Source: a virus
Taxonomy: Duplodnaviria > Heunggongvirae > Uroviricota > Caudoviricetes
Strand: one strand, 5' to 3'
DNA: 8,977 nt
Virus record (IMG/VR): IMGVR_UViG_2547132488_000020
Part shown: positions 5,728-8,977 of the stretch, one piece after another
Position numbering within the stretch: the stretch's first letter is position 1
How the letters are laid out: each line of letters begins with the position of its first letter
Notes under the pieces: model-generated
The model's input: only the letters and a program-made list of their open reading frames with translations
The model's database searches: none
Told to the model about the DNA's origin: nothing
Translations under genes and position numbers: made by a program

Positions 5728-8012
5728 GTCTGGCACACGAAAAGTACGCCTGGACTGAACAGGACGCAGCCGAGGCGTTGACATTTATTGACCCTGATTG
5801 CGACCACGAAACCTGGACCCGCCTGGCGTTTGCGGTGAAGGCTGAATTTGGTGACGCTGGATTTGATGTCTGGAACGATTGGAGCAAACAGGGCCAGAAG
5901 TACGACAGCAAAGAAGCACGCCAGAAGTGGAAAAGCGCCAAGCGGCACGGCGGAGTAACCATCGGCACGCTGATTGACCTTTCCATGCAGAACGGCTGGA
6001 AGCCGGGCACCAGGAAAGAGCTTTCAATAGACGAGATTCAGGCTCGCGCCGCGAAGCGTGAGGCCGAAGCTAAAGCCGAGGCAGAGCGCAAGCGCCACGA
6101 CCAGGCAGCAGCGGCAGCCCGCGCCCTGGAAATATGGGAAGCATCGGAACCGCTGGAAGGTAACGAACACCCGTATTTGCAGCGCAAAGGTGTGCTGTCT
6201 TTCGGCCTGAACGTTGGCCGCTGGAAGGGATACGAAAATGCACTGCTGGTGCCAATCCGCAACGCTGATGGTTCCCTAACCAGCTTGCAGGCAATCTTCC
6301 CGAACACCAACACTGACCTGGGCCGTGACCGTGACTACCTGAAAGACGGCCAGAAGCACGGTTGTTTCCACCTGATTGGCGGTAAGCCTGTTGGCGAAAA
6401 GCCGGTGATTGTGGTTTGCGAGGGTTACGCCACTGGTGCCAGCATCCACCAGGCAACAGGCCATTACGTGGCCGTGGCTTTCGACAGGAGCAACCTTAAA
6501 GCTGTGGCGCAGGCCATGCGCAAGATGGTTGGCCGCGCCACAATAATTGTGGCCGCTGATAACGACCAGTGGGAGAAGGGCAACCCCGGAAAAACCGATG
6601 CAGGTAAGGCAGCGCAGGCGGTTGGCGGCCTGGTGGCTGTGCCTGAATTCGATGACCTGACCACGAAGCCGACCGACTTCAACGACCTGCATAAATTGCA
6701 GGGAATTGATGCCGTGCGCAGCCAGGTGCAGGCTGTTATTCCAGCACCGGAGGAAAAGCGGTTCCTGCCACTGGATTCTAATGTGGTGCCGTTTGACTTC
6801 CCCTACACGTCAGACAGGATGCAGCCGCTTAACAACTGGGAAAACCTTGATTGGCTGTTAAGTCAGTACGGCATTACCGCTCGTTACAACGAGATCAGCA
6901 AGGAAGTTGAAATCAACGTGCCTGGTAAAAGCTATGGCGGTGACGGTGATGACGATAGCGCGCTGATTGAAGTGACCAGCCTGTGCGCCCGTAACCGGAT
7001 GCCAAAAGCTGACGTGGCTGACTACATCAAACTGATTGGCAAAGAGAACCGTTACAACCCGGTCAAAGACTTCATTCTGTCCAGGCCGTGGGATGGTTGC
7101 AGCCGGTTTGCTGACCTGTTAGCCACCATTGAAACGCCAGCAGATTACAGCCGTGACCTGATGGCGCTACTGATGAAACGCTGGCTGGTGTCGGCAGTGG
7201 CGGCGACATTTGAGGAACGCGGGTTCTGGTCCAAAGGCATCCTGGTGTTCCAGGGGGAGCAATCCCTTGGGAAAACGTCATGGATTAAGGCGCTGCTGCC
7301 GGAGGAAGAACAGGAAAAGCTATTGCTGGTTGGTGCTGCGATGGACCCTAGCAACAAAGACAGCGTATCGCAGGCAATTGGCCGCTGGATTGTGGAGCTT
7401 GGCGAACTGGACACCACATTCCGCAAGTCTGACATATCGGACCTGAAAAACTTCATCAGCCGCCCACATGACGTGCTGCGCAAGCCGTATGATCGCCGTG
7501 AATCGAAGTATAAGCGCAGGACTGTGTTCTTCGCATCAGTGAACCCGAAACACTTCCTGCATGACGAAACCGGCAACGTGCGTTTCTGGACCATTCCGGT
7601 GACCGGGCTGAACTATAATCACGGCATCGACGTGCAGCAGTTATGGGCCGAAGTGCATCACTGGTACACGAAAGGCGAACGCTGGTGGCTGGAACGCGAG
7701 GAAGAACAGCGCCTGGAAGCGGTGAACGCTGACCACGCGCAGGTTGACCCGCTCGAGGAAATGATTTTAGCCCGCTTCCGCTGGGATGAAACCCGCATGG
7801 AGGTTTACACCGAAATGTCAGCCGCAGAAGTGCTGATAGCGATTGGCTACGACAAGCCAACCAAATCGCAGGCCACATCATGCGGCAACATCCTGCGCAA
7901 GCTGACTGGCAAGGAGCCGCGCAGAACAGCCAAAGGGCGGTTCTACCCGATACCGCCAAAAGAATTACCAAAGCCACAAAGCTATTACGACGAAACCCAA
8001 GGCCCATTTTGA
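5724..8012 (+). CDS. Replicative primase-helicase, P4 alpha-type (Toprim primase plus P-loop NTPase; 762 aa)
   Basis: Toprim motifs VVCEGYATG (Glu233, nt 6417-6425) and AADNDQW (Asp279/Asp281, nt 6558-6566); Walker A GEQSLGKTS (aa 511-519, nt 7254-7280); Walker B-like IVELGELD; Trp-rich N-terminal domain ending GVTIGTLIDL. Architecture matches the phage/plasmid primase P4 family from memory. Confidence 0.9.
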   Translation: MSLAHEKYAWTEQDAAEALTFIDPDCDHETWTRLAFAVKAEFGDAGFDVWNDWSKQGQKYDSKEARQKWKSAKRHGGVTIGTLIDLSMQNGWKPGTRKELSIDEIQARAAKREAEAKAEAERKRHDQAAAAARALEIWEASEPLEGNEHPYLQRKGVLSFGLNVGRWKGYENALLVPIRNADGSLTSLQAIFPNTNTDLGRDRDYLKDGQKHGCFHLIGGKPVGEKPVIVVCEGYATGASIHQATGHYVAVAFDRSNLKAVAQAMRKMVGRATIIVAADNDQWEKGNPGKTDAGKAAQAVGGLVAVPEFDDLTTKPTDFNDLHKLQGIDAVRSQVQAVIPAPEEKRFLPLDSNVVPFDFPYTSDRMQPLNNWENLDWLLSQYGITARYNEISKEVEINVPGKSYGGDGDDDSALIEVTSLCARNRMPKADVADYIKLIGKENRYNPVKDFILSRPWDGCSRFADLLATIETPADYSRDLMALLMKRWLVSAVAATFEERGFWSKGILVFQGEQSLGKTSWIKALLPEEEQEKLLLVGAAMDPSNKDSVSQAIGRWIVELGELDTTFRKSDISDLKNFISRPHDVLRKPYDRRESKYKRRTVFFASVNPKHFLHDETGNVRFWTIPVTGLNYNHGIDVQQLWAEVHHWYTKGERWWLEREEEQRLEAVNADHAQVDPLEEMILARFRWDETRMEVYTEMSAAEVLIAIGYDKPTKSQATSCGNILRKLTGKEPRRTAKGRFYPIPPKELPKPQSYYDETQGPF

Positions 8013-8022
8013 GGAATAAATC

Positions 8023-8250
8023 ATGAGTTATCGCGCGATCATCAGTACATTTGACCCTGAAAACGCATCAACTGTTAACACTGAATTATTCCAGACCTTC
8101 GCAACCGCACCAGAAGCGGAAGCACATGGACGGAAATCACTTGCAGAGATTCAGCAGGAATTCTTCCAGATGGGTTATGCGTTCATCGTCAGCTACTTCA
8201 TCGTTGAAGTACCAGCGGCGGAAATCATCCAGTTTATTGCCCGCACGTAA
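8023..8250 (+). CDS. Hypothetical small protein (75 aa) at the end of the replication operon
   Basis: ATG 8023 with GAGGA SD 7 nt upstream, 10 nt after the primase stop; followed by a terminator. No motif recognised. Confidence 0.55.
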   Translation: MSYRAIISTFDPENASTVNTELFQTFATAPEAEAHGRKSLAEIQQEFFQMGYAFIVSYFIVEVPAAEIIQFIART

Positions 8251-8273
8251 CATCACAACAATTGTTGTTCACC

Positions 8274-8300
8274 GCCCTGGCACCTGCCGGGGCTTTTTTA
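8274..8300 (+). terminator. Intrinsic terminator closing the replication operon
   Basis: Stem 8274-8281 pairing with 8286-8293 (8 bp including one GU), 4-nt loop, then T6 (8294-8299). Confidence 0.6.
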
Positions 8301-8311
8301 TTGTCTGGCTG

Positions 8312-8572
8312 TGACACCTAGGTGTCATCCTGTCTTAAGGTGTCACAGTCGTAAGTGTCTGTTTTTGCTTATTAATGACACCTATGACACCTATGACACC
8401 TATTTTGAAAGATTTATTAGACCGTAAAAAACCGCCGCGAAATAACGGTTACCCTTTTTTTGAAAACAGGTGTCAAGGTGTCACTACCAACCCATGCAAT
8501 CAGCATAAATCGCATATGAATCATGCACTTATGTGTGTGACACCTATGGTGACACCTCAACCCAAGGTGTCA
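8312..8572. repeat. Iteron array: 11 copies of heptamer TGACACC/GGTGTCA flanking an AT-rich stretch; putative replication origin
   Basis: Forward copies at 8312, 8376, 8385, 8394, 8538, 8550; reverse copies at 8321, 8339, 8469, 8477, 8566. Includes a perfect 16-bp palindrome (8312-8327) and three tandem TGACACCTA 9-mers (8376-8402). AT-rich segment 8401-8466 with A6 and T7 runs. Confidence 0.7.
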
Positions 8573-8977
8573 TTCTTTCAGGGCATAGCTGCGCACCGTT
8601 ATGGCGTTATGAATCCACTCATTTGTAACAACGCTTTTTCACATCTAACCAAAGCGGCAGCCGGAATAGGTACAACATACAGAAGTATGATGTAACTACA
8701 GGAAACGAGCCTTTCAGCCTTGTTTTGCGTTCAAACAGTAGCTGCTCAGTAAACAGCCAGAACGTTGCACATATCGCAACAATAAGCCTGTGTGAATACG
8801 GGCTGAAAGCGCGCGGAATATGTCAGATTATGCGCCGTTCGCCTGCCAGCACCTTCCTGGTGCTTCTTTCTGCCTGCAAACCCACCATATTTAACATAAT
8901 GGACCTTGCGCGCACCGACTGGACGCCTGCCTGCCTCAAAAATCGAAGGTACTTCCGAGGGGGCACAGCCTGCGGGG

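Noticed and set aside
5415-8007. Minus-strand and overlapping + strand ORFs within the replication operon (5400..5585, 5415..5624, 5428..5784, 5625..5948, 5663..6010, 6038..6313, 6070..6456, 6276..6692, 7145..7594, 7210..7446, 7456..8007)
   Set aside because: Same reasoning: embedded in the motif-supported primase reading frame, with low-complexity Arg/Cys/Pro-rich translations.
8312-8572. CRISPR array as an explanation for the short repeats
   Set aside because: Repeat units are 7-9 bp with irregular spacing and mixed orientation, not 28-37 bp repeats separated by uniform unique spacers. An iteron origin fits better.
8375-8695. 106-aa ORF beginning MTPMTPMTP, and the overlapping 8051..8314 ORF
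   Set aside because: The MTP repeats are simply the translation of the tandem TGACACCTA iterons; the ORF spans the putative origin and AT-rich stretch with no SD. 8051..8314 is an alternative frame of the better-supported 8023..8250 CDS and crosses its terminator.
8700-8977. tRNA or tmRNA gene / attachment site at the window end
   Set aside because: No cloverleaf-compatible sequence or conserved T-loop (GGTTCGAATCC-like) motif is visible, so an att site cannot be claimed from this window alone.

Overview
8,977-bp window in which every gene I can support lies on the + strand; no rRNA, tRNA, CRISPR array, integrase, terminase, portal or lysis gene is recognisable. Two modules are separated by a ~400-bp regulatory intergenic region. 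(1) 178-4820 is a phage-structural-like operon: a 294-aa capsid-like protein, five small proteins (one a clear ribbon-helix-helix DNA binder) and a 763-aa protein with the hallmarks of a phage tail tape-measure protein (TMP), ending at an intrinsic terminator. (2) 5222-8250 is a replication operon: two translationally coupled, mutually similar small proteins, a 762-aa Toprim primase fused to a P-loop helicase (phage P4 alpha-type architecture) and a 75-aa ORF, followed by a terminator and a dense heptamer iteron array (putative origin, 8312-8572). The intergenic region carries a near-identical copy of a phased 10-bp repeat element also found upstream of module 1, facing promoters, and a candidate ~65-nt antisense small RNA. 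My interpretation (inference) is a segment of a P4-like or satellite-like mobile element that pairs a P4-type replication module with a minimal structural module ending in an orphan TMP gene, which I do not recognise as a described family. All functional calls rest on motif recognition by eye; no database or HMM search was possible, and coordinates of starts are best guesses.
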